DNA of 64,000 bases from Octopus vulgaris. Its lineage: Eukaryota. The notes under the pieces are model-generated. The model ran no database searches. It was not told the origin of the DNA and was given only the letters and a program-made list of their open reading frames with translations. This document shows positions 30,036-44,376 of this stretch, piece after piece. Position numbers and translations under genes: made by a program. The stretch is from NCBI GenBank assembly GCA_951406725.2, contig OX597817.1, positions 51,274,001 through 51,338,000 on the forward strand, written 5' to 3'. Numbering within the stretch: the stretch's first letter is position 1; each line of letters opens with the position of its first letter.

Positions 30036-31096
30036 ATGTATGTATGTATGTATGCATATACGTATGTATATATATTGTCAAATCGCAATTAGCAAGAAAC
30101 CAGAAAATATGAATTCCATCTTTAAGGTTTTTTGTGCACTACCAAAATTAAAATGCTTTCATCTCAGCTACGATGAATCATCAATCATTTAGTTCTGTAA
30201 CTGGTGTAGTGGAATAATACTGTGTTGCTGTTATTTATGAATGTTCACCAAAAAACTTTAGTATTTTTGTTTTACAAACAAGCTGCCCTCAGCAAATAAA
30301 GAAATGGGAAAATACTCAAATAGTTCTATGTCTAAGAAAGAAGAGAATATCTTTTACATCAAAGCAATAGGTTTTTCAAACATGATACCATATACACAGG
30401 GATAGTAATTTGAAACTGGACAGAGATGTTGGCATGCATGAAATGGGATATATGAAATATAACACAAGTATAGGTACATTTGTATGAACGTTTCAATAAA
30501 TACAAATGTTGTCAGGTAAGGAATGGAACGCTTTGTTGTATATATTTTACGTTATAAATAAAATTGTATTCCTTTCTACAATTCATACAAAAGCTTTCTG
30601 TATTATTACAATCTTGAAAAGAACTGGTCATAAAATCAAGACTGGAGAAGGGCATGAGGTAGTTTTTCTCTGTGGAAAGAAGCTTACTACACAACCACAG
30701 GGGTCCAGGTTCTGTCCCACTTCGTGGCATCTTGAGCAAGTGTCTCCTACCATAATCAGGCCGACCACCTTCGAAATGGATTCGGAAGACGGAAATTGAA
30801 AGAAACTTGCCCTATATATGGGTATGTGTGCGTGCGTGCGTGCTTGTGTCCGTGTGTTACTGTATGTGGATGTCTGTGTGTCTATATGTGTGTCGGTATT
30901 TGTTTCTTTGTTTGACAACCGGTGCTGGTCTGTTATCTCCAAGTAACTAAGTTCCAGGTCTAAAAGTAGTACAGCCGATTCATTCGACGAAAATTCTTGG
31001 AGGAGATGCTCTAGCATGGTCTCAATCTAATGACTAAAACATGTAGAAAATTAAAACATATCTGTGTGTGTGCGTGTGTATGTGTGTATGAATGTA

Positions 31097-31166
<70 letters not shown>

Positions 31167-31168
<2 letters not shown>

Positions 31169-31315
31169 GGAGTAAACACATAAATGTGAAACAAGGTGGA
31201 AAAAGAGTACTCAAATACCAGGGGTAGAGTAATATACTTTATTTAAAAGCAGCAGAAAATTCAACAAAACTCAGAGTAACAGGTTTTGTTGAATTTTCTG
31301 CTGCTTTTAAATAAA

Positions 31316-31320
<5 letters not shown>
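31167..31320 (-). mobile_element. Fold-back element in (TA)n: 38-bp perfect inverted arms
   Basis: Arms 31233-31270 and 31283-31320. Same family as 15149-15291 in the opposite orientation. Confidence 0.75.
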
Positions 31321-31405
<85 letters not shown>

Positions 31406-31451
31406 GGTGTGTGTGTGTGTGTATGTATGTATGTATATAGTATATATATGT

Positions 31452-31830
31452 AGGCGCAGGAGTGGCTGTGTAGTAAGTAGCTTGCTTACCAACCACATGA
31501 TTTCGGATTCAGTCCCATTACGTGACACCTTGGGCAAGTGTCTTCTACTAAAGCCTCGAGCCAACCAAAGCTTTGTGAGTGGATTTGATAGATGGAAACT
31601 GAAAGAAAGCCGTTGTATATATACGTGTGTGTGTGTTTCTCCCCCAACACAGCTTGTCAACCGATGCTGGTATGTTTACGTCCCCATAATTTAGGAGTTC
31701 AGTAAAAGAGACCGATAGAATAAGTACTAGGCTTACAAAGAATAAGTCCTGGGGTTGATTTGCTCGACGAAAGGTGGTGCACCAGCATGGCCACAGTCAA
31801 AGGATTGAAACAAGTAAAAGAATAAAAGAA
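31452..31830 (+). mobile_element. SINE-A full length
   Basis: Same modules. Confidence 0.85.
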
Positions 31831-32963
31831 TGTATATATATATATATGTGTGTGTGTGTGTGCGTGTGTGTGTGTGTGGGTATAAATATACATATATTTA
31901 TATACTTTGCGTGCGTGCATGTGTATGTGTGCTACGTGTTTGTCTGTGTGTGTGTGTGTGTGACTGTGTGTATGTGTCTGTGTGTATGTGTGTGTGTGTA
32001 TGTGTGTGTGTGTGTGTGAATATATATCTAGCTATTTCCATATTATCACAGGTCAAATGATCATATAGACGCCCTGTCGTTGTTACTCTGTATAGATTCG
32101 TTAATTTCTTTTTTCCCGAGTAGCTACGTCTGGGAGTATTTATGATATAAAAGACCGACTCATGACTGATGGATTTTTGTTATATAACTAGTAACGTTCC
32201 CAGTCGTGTCGTTCCTTTATGATCAGTAGTCTGAATACAAAGGATGAAAATGTTGCAGCAATATCACTCTTTTGTAAGAAGTTGTGAGGCAAATAATTGA
32301 TAAAGAAAAAACATTCTAGAAAAAGGTAATATACTGACGAAGAACTAATTAGCGCGAATATAAAATGTCAAATCATAGCTAGGTTCTTTGATTGCAACAC
32401 CGTTAGATGTAGCGTAAGATTGTGTTTTACCAGTAACATTTCGTGAGGGATCTGTGGAAATCATAAAACGGCATCAATTAAATTGTTTTCTTCCATACAA
32501 GATATTCAAATATACACGGATTTTCTTTGATCCATTTACTCATACAACTAAAAGCCATGTTGAATGGATGTTCAGTTGTGCAAAAGCACGACATAAATGA
32601 GATTTTGGCATTCATTGCACACGATTAGATTCTCATTTAATAGAGACTTTTGTGGTGTTGTACCATTCCTAATGATGGATTTGAACAATCATTGCAGCAT
32701 TGAATAAAAGTATAAAAAATTAATTTTGTTCAGAAAAACTCTTTTATTGTTGCGTAAGATATTTTCACTTTTCAGATTTATCTTTTTGGGTTTTTTTTTT
32801 TTTTGAATGCCAAAGGTCATTAGGAATGTATTTATTCAATAATTCCGTTTTCTTCAAATCTTGGTCTTAAGGAAAAACGTCATTTCGAGTTTTTTTTTCT
32901 CTCTCTAGTTTCAACTCAGAGCTGCGATCATGCTGATGCACCGCCGTTAAAAAAATTAAAATA

Positions 32964-33037
32964 TAGCCAGTATGGGGCTCGAACCCACGACATTTGTGTT
33001 ATTAACACGATGCTCCAACCAGCTGAGCTAACCGGCC
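32964..33037 (-). tRNA. tRNA-Ile(AAT) gene or young pseudogene
   Basis: GGCCGGTTAGCTCAGCTGGTTGGAGCATCGTGTTAATAACACAAATGTCGTGGGTTCGAGCCCCATACTGGCTA folds as a cloverleaf with one C-A mismatch in the anticodon stem. T4 and T7 Pol III terminators follow directly. Confidence 0.82.
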
Positions 33038-33645
33038 TCTTGGGCCGGAAGAAAAGTTTGAAAAAAAGAAATGTTAGGAAGAAAAATGTAAAAGATAAAG
33101 TTATTAGCGAAATGGAATATAGTAAGTTTACTTTCATACGTTGCTGATTGAATGCAAATTAAAATACAATCAGGTGAAAATATCAATAGTTAAAAATTAC
33201 TTTTTAAGCTATTTTTATTGTTAAAAATTACTAATTAGAATGTCTTCATTATTTTCAAATTTAAGTTTCATTACAATTCCTGATGAGAAAACTCGAAGTG
33301 CAAGATTCACCTACATACTGAAGCACAAATGCGCTAAATTTAATTTTCCAATTTTAGATTTCATTTTATTCTAAAAATTGATGTTTTAAAAAATTTACAA
33401 AATACCTAATTACACACATTAATGTGAAAATGTAAGTTACCTGTAATTTTTAATATAACAAAAGAAAAATACATGGAAAATATTAGCTTTATCATTGGTA
33501 TTATATTTAATTAAAAATATATTGTACCGACTGATTTTTCTTTCAAATCTTTATAAATGAGCTTTTAAGTTAAGAAAATTTTGTCAAGTCCCGGCAGATT
33601 TTGCATGATTCTTTTGATGCTTAATATTTATACATTTCTTTAGAA

Positions 33646-33822
33646 GTAGGAGTGGCTGTGTGGTAAGTAACTTGCTAACGAACCACATGGTTCCAGGTTC
33701 AGACCCACTGCGTGACTCTATGCGCAAACTCTCTTCTACTATAGCCTCGGGCCGACCAAACCCTTGTGAGTGGATTTGGTAGACGGAAACTGAAAGAAGC
33801 TCGTCGCATACATATATATACG

Positions 33823-33855
<33 letters not shown>

Positions 33856-34052
33856 GTATATATATGTATATATGTGTGTATATGTTTGTGTGTCTGTGTT
33901 TGTCGCCCCAACATCGCTTGACAACCGATGCTAGTTGACAACCGATAAGTACTAGGCTTACAAAGAATAAGTCTTGGGGTTGATTTGCTCGACTAAAGGC
34001 GGTGCTCCAGCATGGCCTCAGTCAAATGACTGAAACAAATAAGGAAGTAAAG
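33646..34052 (+). mobile_element. SINE-A
   Basis: Same modules with an internal deletion. Confidence 0.82.
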
Positions 34053-34258
34053 AAGGGACTGAAACAAGTAAGGGACATAAATACACCAGCATCGGTTGTC
34101 AAGCGATGTTATGGGGACACAGACACACAAACGTACAAACACACACACACACACACATATATATGTGTGTATGTGTATGTGTTATATATGTGTGTGTGTT
34201 ATATAAACTTACATACATATGTATAAATACATATATATATATATGCATATATATACAT

Positions 34259-34291
<33 letters not shown>

Positions 34292-34292
34292 C

Positions 34293-34568
34293 AAGAGACA
34301 CATGACCTAGTGGTTAGAGCAGCGTACTCGCAGGTTCGAATCTCTGATGTGAGTGTTTATGCACGAAAAACCTAACCTTCCACGCAGCTCCCGCTGAAGG
34401 TAATGGCAAACTTCTGCTGATTCTTTCGCCACAACTTTCTCTCACTCTTTCCTCCTGCATCTAGCAGCTCACCTCTGACGGACCAGCGTATCATCCAGGT
34501 GGGGAACCTAAGGCCACTGAAACCGAGAAACTGGCCCTTATGAGTCAAGCATGGCTCGAGAAGGAACA
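34293..34568 (+). mobile_element. SINE-D (tRNA-derived)
   Basis: A/B boxes; homologous to 57675-57960. Confidence 0.8.
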
Positions 34569-35540
34569 TATGTATATATATGAATGTATGTACATATGTG
34601 TGTGTATGGGGGTGTTGTATGTATGTAAGTGTATAGGTATTTTGCAGGTGTCCAAACTGCTTAGCAGGTAGTCCTGTGTTATTATATTTTCATTAAGTTT
34701 CCAGTCAACAAATTCACCCACGAGCCATTGGTCGGCTCAGGACTGTAATAGAACACACTTGACCAATGTGCCGTACAGTGAGTTTGAACCCGAATCTACA
34801 TAATTCTAAACGAGCTTCTTAGCAACGCAGCCATGTCCGAGGCTATGCAAAATTAATTACACATTTTGTAAGCAAACGTAATTTCATATTTCTGTTTATA
34901 CTTTTACAGAGGTAAACAATTATTTCTAAAATTAATGTGTTAACTTAGACTAGAATTTCGTCCACTATGTTTTAGGATATTTACGTCCCTAATGTTCCTA
35001 TATAACATTATTTAAATTTAAATTTCACTCCATCTTCCATATTTACTTTTGTTTTTCTTTGTCCCTGTAAATATCGTATTTAAGCATGTTACTTTCTTCT
35101 CAAAGTTTACATTTTCTATTTAAATTTAAATCAATATTCAACCATTAGAATGCTAAAAATTCTCTAAATATCGATCAAAATACACTTAGATTCAGGTTTC
35201 TATCCACCTTGAAAGTAAATGCCTCGTTCTCATATTTGTACTGTATTCCATTTATGGCGTTCTTAGCTTTGCTGCGTTTAATCTTATATTAGGAATGTAG
35301 AAATACGTGTTTTCTTTTTCTACTTAAAACCAAAGAAATCAAAAATGATTGAAATAAACGCGTAACCTTGTTTATAAATATACAAGTCATTATTTAAAAT
35401 TGTATGTGTGTGTATACATCGTGAGAAAGAGAGAGAGAGAGAGAGAGAGAGCGACAAGATATATATATATACATGCATAGCAATTGATAGACAGATAGAC
35501 AGACAGACAGACTGATAGATATATAGATATATATATATAT

Positions 35541-35659
<119 letters not shown>

Positions 35660-36046
35660 CTTTCTTTATTGGCCACACAGGGCTGAAATACAGAGGGGAG
35701 AAATACAAATGTAGAGCTTTTCTTTTCGAAGATGGAAAAAGAAAAAGGAAACAAAAAAGGAAGCAAATGTAAAATTCCGATCAAAAGGGATCAGAAAATA
35801 TAAAAAGGGATCGGATAGACAGATAGATAGAATCATATGTATGTATGTATATATCAACACCAGTGATGTTGCATGAATTCCAATGAAGCGAAATCAGGAT
35901 GTATCTATCGAGTGAAGTACTGAGTAGTTTTTTTGTCTGAAACAATTCTACATGTTCCTTATAATTCGACGTGGTTAGCCAGATGTGGACTACATTAGAA
36001 TGCTAATAAGTTATCTACCTGAATTCCCAAACCCTATTTCTTTACG

Positions 36047-36090
<44 letters not shown>

Positions 36091-36829
36091 GTGTATACGT
36101 GCGTATGTCAGTCTGTATCTGTGTGTATCTATATACATATGAACACACAACTAAACTCACATTTATCGAGGTGCATCCCAGTAGATTCTTCTTTCTTTGC
36201 TCACTATCAACGTGACAATCTATTTGAATACTAAGGGGATTCAATCTCTGATAGATTCCGACAAAATTTGATGCTAGCCATCTATCTGAACCGAAATGCC
36301 TCGAAGATGGATAGATATCACTTTGGTTTACCGTTGAGCATTGGCATTTAAACATACATCATTCTGGTGATATTTCCATAAAAGTCGACGAGCTAATCTA
36401 TTATAGATATGAAGATCGTCTCTAGACCCCTCCAATATATATATATTGGAGAATGGGAATACAAAATAATTATTGATGAAATATAAAATTCATGTAGGTT
36501 GAACATAAATCATACATATTCGGATATGATATACATAAGAAAATACTCACACCGGCAGAATATAGAGACACACGTAGACAATGATAATGCATAGACACAT
36601 ATATGCATGAATATATAAATAATGTCTAAAAGATATATTTCCCTTTTCGGTCATCTTGACATCTGCTACTCATTGATGTATGTCGACGTTTGTTACTGCG
36701 ACTGCTGACATCTTTCACCATACATCTCTTCAATTCTCTTCAGTCAGTGGAGCATTTTAATTTCATTTTCCCATTCTTTCATTGAGTCTATCCCTGCCTG
36801 TTTTATGTAGACCTTATATATATATATAT

Positions 36830-36875
<46 letters not shown>

Positions 36876-37146
36876 TATTTTTTCCTTTCCTATCATTTCT
36901 CAACTTGCGGTTAACACGATCCCCCATTTACTGTCATACATATATATATGTGTGTGTGTGTGTGTATACTCACGCATTTATATACATATACATATATATA
37001 TATACATACTTTCGTCTGAGCCATTTCTGGTTATAAAGATATATATACATAAATACATACATACATACATGTGTGTGTGTGTCTATGCATAGACACACAC
37101 ACATACAGAGAGATATAGGTAAATTGATAGGTGCATATGTAGGCAG

Positions 37147-37198
<52 letters not shown>

Positions 37199-37242
37199 GT
37201 GTGTGTGTGTGTGTGTTTGTGTGTGTAAACATAGTGTATATG

Positions 37243-37281
<39 letters not shown>

Positions 37282-37606
37282 TATGGTGTGAAATTTTGCG
37301 GGGGAGTATCTCTTTATCTGCTCCTCAGAGATATATGTGTAAGCTTATGCGCGTTATTGCAGTGTGTTTCCGTGAGATCGAAACCCTGTGTTCGTGCTTT
37401 CTGTTTTACTTTAAACAGAATATAACATCAATTAAAGGTTAGGAGCAGAGATGAATATCGTTTGACACCAAGCAGACACACGCATACAAATACATACATT
37501 CGCACACACATGCTTAATCGCACACAATGCAACAAACAAAATTGCGATCACTCTCTTTTTCACACAAACATACACACAAGATGTGTTTGTCACTGTAGCC
37601 TAGTAT

Positions 37607-37676
<70 letters not shown>

Positions 37677-37776
37677 GTAGGTATGCAGGCCAGTAGGTAG
37701 ATAGGCAGATAGGCACGTCGGCCAGTACGAAGGGAGGTAAAGACAGATAAACAGACAGACAGACAGACAGACAAAC

Positions 37777-37910
<134 letters not shown>

Positions 37911-38091
37911 GTAGATAGATAGATATGTGATAAATAAGGAGACTGGCATACAGCCTCATAGGGGAAAGTAGATACAGATTGGTAGGTAGGTAGGTAGGTA
38001 GGTAGGGTAGGTAGGTAGGTAGGTAGGTAGGTAGGTACGTACGTACGTACGTGCGTACGTTTGTACGTACGTGTGTACGCACGTAAGTATG

Positions 38092-38183
<92 letters not shown>

Positions 38184-38569
38184 TCCAAAGACGTTTACCT
38201 AAAAACATATATATATTCCATGAAGGAAATTTATATTGTGCTGAAATAAATCACTCTTTTTTTTTCCTAGTCGATGTTTACGACTGTGAATCTCTAGATA
38301 AGGCATAAAATTAATGATGCTGAAAGATCTCTGAAAGAAACTGTATTCGAATAAATATTGTATTTATGAGAAAATGAAACAACGAAAGCTCTTGAGAAGA
38401 CGTGGGAAATGATATAAGAAAACTCAGATATGTTATATACAAACCTACGTTCATACATGCACACATACATATATACATACATGTATGCATACATACACAT
38501 ACACTTACATCAATAAATATATATGTGTGTGTGTATATATATATACATATGTATGTGCATAAATAATTT

Positions 38570-38617
<48 letters not shown>

Positions 38618-38724
38618 GTATGTATGCGTATAAATATATGTGTGTGTATATATATATATATATGTATGTATGTGCATAAATAATTTATACATATATATAT
38701 ATATAGATAGATAGATAGATAGAT

Positions 38725-38767
<43 letters not shown>

Positions 38768-39161
38768 CATGAATATATATATATGAATACGTGTATGTAT
38801 GTATATGTATGTATGTATGTATATACATATATGCACGTAAGTATTTATATTGGAATTTGATGAAAAACGAAAAAAAAATATTGTGAACGAGAATAAAAAT
38901 ATAAATAAATTAAAAGGAAGTATATTTGAGGAATATTTGAAACCTACGAATATAACCCTGTTGTCACCTAAACGAATCCTCGTAAAATATTAATATATAA
39001 AACGAATATTTCGAATATCTTTGTTCGGTGGCTTTTTGTGGTGTTCATCTTTTTTATTGAAGTTATTTTTGTTATCATCATTATTATTATCATTTTTATG
39101 AATATTATCATTATTATCATTATTATTATTATTTTTATGAATATTATTATTTTTTAATGTA

Positions 39162-39201
<40 letters not shown>

Positions 39202-39708
39202 TTTTTATGAATATTATTATTTTTTTATGAATATTATTATTATTATTATCCTCATCATCACTCATTTCGATCCGAAAGAACTGAGCAACGACGCTAATGC
39301 TCACTCGTTCACAAAACACAATAGCAAGAATATGAATGCGAAATATTTTTCATGCAGTTCTAATATCTGCAGCGAATATAGCTTATAGGCAACTGGTAAG
39401 TAACGGTAAAAAGTATGGAAAAACGAAAATTAATGCTAAACTACATAGAATTTCTGCCTTTCCTAATAATCCCTGTGATAAAGGAACAATACGATTACGA
39501 GATAGTAAATGGCATCGATTCATTGACATTTTCATAAGAAATGTAAATTATCCATAATTCATTATTAATGATGGGAACCGGTGCATTTTCTTTGAGTAGC
39601 GGTTAACAAAAAATGAAATGGTCAGTTAGGAGACTCCATCCATCTTTTTGCTGTAAATTATCGGTGTAGCATGATTATGGATACATTCTTATTAACCCAA
39701 TCTGTATA

Positions 39709-39940
39709 TATTTATTTACTACCCACAAGGGGCAAAACATAGAGGGGACAAACAAGGACAGACAAACGGATTAAGTCGATTATATTGACCCCAGTGCGAA
39801 ACTAGTACTTTATTTATCGACCCCGGAAGGATGAAAGCAAAGTCGACCTCGGAGGAATTTGAACTCAGAACGTAACGACAGACAAAATACCGCTAAGCAT
39901 TTCTCCCGGCGCGCTAACGTTTCTGCCAGCTCGCCGCCTT
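39709..39940 (-). mobile_element. SINE-B monomer with 17-bp TSD
   Basis: TTAACCCAATC(T/G)GTATA at 39692 and 39941. Confidence 0.9.
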
Positions 39941-41077
39941 TTAACCCAATCGGTATAATAGTGATACTGACTTCATTTCTACAGATTTACGCTAAATGGT
40001 ACAGAGACAGTGTTTAATTAATATCGAGCATCAAACGCAGAAATATCCATATTATGTCATCCTCCTCGTTGCTGACCTAATTCATAATTTCTTTATTTGC
40101 TATTCATTAGGGAAGTAAGAAGAGGTTTTCTAGTGGTCTCTCGCAAAATGGAAAACAAAATTACTAGAAACACAAACCTTTTCCGCTCATAAGTATTGTA
40201 GAAAAGAATGTGTTTGCATTCTTATTTAGCCCACAGGGAGGCTTTATTTTATTTAAATTTATTTCAGCTGTATTAATATGTTTGTCATTCGAATTATTAT
40301 TGAGTAACAGAAATGATAGCATAATGGAGAAATTCATTTAGATTTGACTTATGGTTTTCTCAAATTCCAGTGGTGTTGGCGTTTAGCTTTTATCTTTCAG
40401 TCGATAATGTGCTGAGGTCAATGAAGATAACGATCACCACTCTCTTTAGTCTCCAGGCGATAATCTATAGTCTTGATTAAAACCACCAGTAGTAATGTCC
40501 CAGACAATGGTAAAACGTCGCATCAAATACTCTCCAGTAATAACTTTGGATCACGTAGCACTGGAGACGATTTAATGTGACATCATTCTGAAACTTATAA
40601 AACGTGAACAATACGCTTCCCATACAATTACGTGATCCTGGACTAACGTGAGGATCATTATTCATTATTACTGTTCCTTAATAGCGAGGCAACACGCCAT
40701 TTCTGTACACCTCAAACCGCAACGACATTGAATTTAGAAGACGCCATCTTCTTTGTTTCCGTTTACAAAGGCAATAATATAACAGCATATCTCACCTTGT
40801 TATATAACTATTTTAAGGGGGAAAACCACCAGAACAGTTTATAGTATCAGAACTGAAGACAGGCAAGCGGTCTTTACAACTAATTGGAATGGGATTCACA
40901 TTTATTATCACGATCCGCTGAAAATAACTTCTCTTTCATAAGTTAATCTTATGAGTTAATCTTTTATATAACTTAATCTTTCACCTTCGTAAGTTAATCT
41001 TTCATAATCTTTAGAAAATGTTTAAATATTGCTGACACTTAATTCTGATATATTCAGCAATATTTCCTAACCATTGT

Positions 41078-41398
41078 GAAGGTGCGTGGCTTAGTGGTTA
41101 GGGCATTTGGCTCACGATTGTAAGGTTGTGAGTTCAATTCCCAACAACGCGTTGTGTCCTTGAGCAAGACACTTTGTTTCACGTTGCTCCAGTCCACTCA
41201 GCTGGCAAAAATGAGTTGTACCTCTATTTCAAAAGGTTAGCCTTGTCATATACTGTGTCACGCTGCATCTCCCTGAGAACTATGTTAGGGGTACGTGTTT
41301 CTGTGGAGTGCTCAGCCACTTGTACGTTAATTTCACGAGCAGCTGTTCCGTTGATCGTATCAGCTGGGACCCTCGTCGTCGTAACCGACGGAGTGCTC
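41078..41398 (+). mobile_element. SINE-C (tRNA-derived)
   Basis: A box TGGCTTAGTGG, B box GTTCAATTCC and GTGTCCTTGAGCAAG. An internally deleted copy lies at 17790-17966. Confidence 0.85.
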
Positions 41399-41776
41399 AC
41401 TTAGTAACCATTACAACTAACATTCAAGTCATTTGCATCAATATAACTTATAGCAGATTCTCTATAACGCCCATTCTACTCATCAAGTCGACCTCGGCCG
41501 AATTTGAACTCAGAATGTATTGAGACGAAATACCGCTAAGCATTTTGTCAGGCGGTCTAAGGTTTCTTATTTCTTTATTGACCACAAGGGGCTAAACAAA
41601 GAATGGACAAACAAGGACAGACAAACGGATTATGTCGATTACATTGACCCCAGTGCTGGTACATAATTTATAAATTAAACAACTGGTACTTAATTTACCG
41701 ACTCCGAAAGGATGAAAGGCAAAGTCGACCTCCACGGAATTTGAACTCAGAACTTAACGGCAGACGAAATACCTAT

Positions 41777-41971
41777 TCTCCTCTGTGATTTTGGTTAATA
41801 GAATAACTATACAAATGAATCCTTTGAATTTAACTAAATTCTATATTTTTATGCAGCTGAGGATTGCTCTACATGTTAAAATTGATGTTATATTTGCATT
41901 GTTCAATTAAATGGAGTCGCACGAAACGATCGTACTGCATTAACTCTGGATATCATTGTTGCTTATTTTGA

Positions 41972-41973
<2 letters not shown>
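41777..41973 (+). mobile_element. About 200-bp hammerhead-bearing non-autonomous element or solo PLE end
   Basis: Homologous to 51294-51480 (minus). Both end in ...GCTTATTTTGAT directly followed by (AT)n. Confidence 0.7.
41851..41940 (+). ncRNA. Type-I hammerhead ribozyme with enlarged stem II
   Basis: ATGCAG-CTGAGGA-(59 nt, TTGCTC...GAGTCGCAC)-GAAAC-GATC-GTA-CTGCAT. Canonical core, perfect 6-bp stem I and palindromic ACGATCGT. Confidence 0.8.
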
Positions 41974-42037
<64 letters not shown>

Positions 42038-42038
<1 letters not shown>

Positions 42039-43837
42039 ACCAACTGAAGGATACAACCTTCTATTGTGAAATACCCGCAAATATAGACCACCACATCATG
42101 AAAAAGATCAACAACCTGATTTCAACACACCACAACTCACTTACGGATAATGAAAAAGACTACATCACCAATTTTGAACCAAAACCCAGCAACTTCTACG
42201 GCTTACCAAAAATACACAAATCAAAAAACATTCAACAGGCAGTAAAAGAACAAGAAAGTGAGTACATAAAATTATTACATCCAAAAGACCTAAAACTTAG
42301 ACCTATTATAGCTGGTCCAGCATGCCCTACACACCGTCTAAGCAATTTTATTGACATTGTTTTGAAACCACTATGTACTTACATACCAAGTTTCATCAGG
42401 GATGACATCGACTTCCTGTCCCATCTTCCCAAAACAACAGAAACAAATTCAGTTTTACTAAGTTTTGATGTGGTAAGCCTCTACACCAATATTCCACACG
42501 ATTTAGGAATAAAGGCGATTAAATACTGGTTAGAAAAACATAGAGAAGTGATTCCCAGCAGATTCACAGTGCCATTTATATTAGACACAGTCAAACTTAT
42601 TCTAGAAAATAACACATTCTTCTTCAATGGAAAGAATTACATCCAAATTAGAGGCACGGCGATGGGAACGAGGTTTGCTCCCGTTTACGCCAACTCTGTA
42701 ATGGGATACTTAGAAGAACAACTCTACCAAGAGGTGGAGGTAAACTATGGCACTGGATTTAGAAAGTATATTGAAAAGGCATGGAAGAGATACCTAGACG
42801 ACTGTTTCATAATCTGGACAGAATCTCTAAATACTCTGGAAGAGTTCAATATCCTCCTGAACAACCTACACCCATCTCTCAAATTTACAAAGGAGATGAG
42901 TAGTACCAAATTACCATTCCTGGATATAATGGTAATTAAAAAAGACACCATCATCACCACAGATATATACTATAAACACACAGACACACATCAATACCTA
43001 AATTTTAAGTCGTGCCATCCACCACATACAAAACGTAACATCCCATACTGCCTAGCCAGAAGAATTTGTACTATTGTAGAAGATGCAAATATCAGGAACA
43101 AACGCCTAATAGAACTAAGAGAATTTTTGCTCAAACAAAAATACCCATCTCTACTTATAGAAAATGGCATACAGCGGGCTATAAAAATACCTATACAACA
43201 ACTTAGGACAACCCAAGGAAGAGGAAAACAAGAACAAGTCATACCATTCATAGTGACACACAACCCATGTCACCAGAATATCTTCAACATTGCCAAAGCA
43301 AACCTACCAATCATTGCCCAAAGTAATGAATTAAAAGACATAATCAAGGATCGAGCTATGGTGCTTAGTAAAAGACAGCCTAAAAACTTGAAAACATTAC
43401 TAACAAAGGCAAAATTTGACCTCAGCAACAAAGACCAAACATTCACGGTATCTAAATGCAATGATAGCCGATGTGGCACATGCCAATTCATACATACCGG
43501 TCAATATATAAACACAAAAACCGGGAAAATATTCACAAACGCGAATATGAACTGCAAAAGCAGAAATTTAATTTACTGCATCAAATGCCCAAATTGTGAA
43601 GAAATATATGTAGGTCAGACGGGAAACGCACTATTAGAACGCTCACGTGTACACCGGCAACAGATTAGAGACCCAGAGGTCCGTCAGATACCTTTGAGTA
43701 ACCACCTAGCAACATGTGGTCGGAAAATATATATAATATTTCCATTCTACAAATTACACAGCCCAAGTGAAATCGAGAGGAAAATCAGAGAAAAGAATTT
43801 TATTGATAAATTCGAACCCAAGCTAAATAAGCAATAA
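42038..43837 (+). CDS. Penelope-like element (Neptune-type) RT + GIY-YIG endonuclease ORF, 5'-truncated
   Basis: Frame is open from DQLKDTTFY (42038). Motifs: FYGLPKIHK, LRPII, SFDVVSLYTNIP, GTAMGT, RYLDDCF, LPFLD, a Cys linker CNDSRCGTC and GIY-YIG LIYCIKCPNCEEIYVGQT. No stops over about 600 codons. Confidence 0.95.
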
Positions 43838-44154
43838 TAATAATACTTAGAGGTATTACTTCCACTGCTACGACCATGACCACTAACAACAACAACAATA
43901 CTAAAGGTGATCAAGACGAAGATAGCAGGAAAATTATCTTATTTAGGGTTAAAAGTTCTATTGCCACCACCATCACCACTAGCAACAATAATTAAGGTGC
44001 TGACAATGATGATGATGACAATTGAAATATAAAAATATAAAAATCTCTGACAAAGGATATTTACAACATTTCTAAAAATAACCCAACAATTGCTGCTTCG
44101 GCCAGGGTCAAGATACAGGACTCTTGACCTGTCCAACAAAGCGTGATGCCTAAA

Positions 44155-44296
44155 CCAATCAGCTCAACCAACCAATCAGCTTAAGTAATTGAGTGATACT
44201 ACACACTGATTGGTCAGAATACAGTTTGCAAAACCTAGCACTCTGGAGCCTACCCAGCTGTATTTATAGCACAGAATCACTCATCTTGCTACAGTC
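44155..44296 (+). promoter_or_regulatory. Putative Pol II promoter in the PLE pseudo-LTR
   Basis: CCAAT at 44155 and 44172, ATTGG at 44209, TATTTATA at 44261 and an Inr-like CAGTC about 31 nt further downstream. Confidence 0.6.
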
Positions 44297-44331
44297 AAAA
44301 ATTGTGAAGCATGACTGTCAACACTACTACA

Positions 44332-44376
44332 TGAACCCGAAGATTGCAGAATTCAATGCATGAAAGTACTAGTTCA
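44332..44376 (+). ncRNA. Minimal type-I hammerhead ribozyme (U4C core variant) in the PLE 3' end
   Basis: TGAAC-CCGAAGA-T[TGCA GAATTCAA TGCA]T-GAAA-GTAC-TA-GTTCA. Perfect 5-bp stem I, 4-bp stem II and palindromic AGTACT stem III. Confidence 0.78.

Noticed and set aside
33280-33300. CTGATGAGAAAACTCGAAG hammerhead-like string (also CTGATGAG at 927)
   Set aside because: No GAAA/stem III/stem I closure.
41078-41150. tRNA genes at SINE heads (also 17790, 34293, 57890)
   Set aside because: A/B boxes are present but there is no closed acceptor stem, and each continues into a SINE body.
41777-41973. 5' pseudo-LTR of the adjacent Penelope-like element
   Set aside because: No sequence match to the element's own 3' end (44300-44520), and it is separated by (TA)n; treated as a different family.
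42745-43491. Antisense ORFs within the PLE
   Set aside because: Shadow frames of the RT gene.
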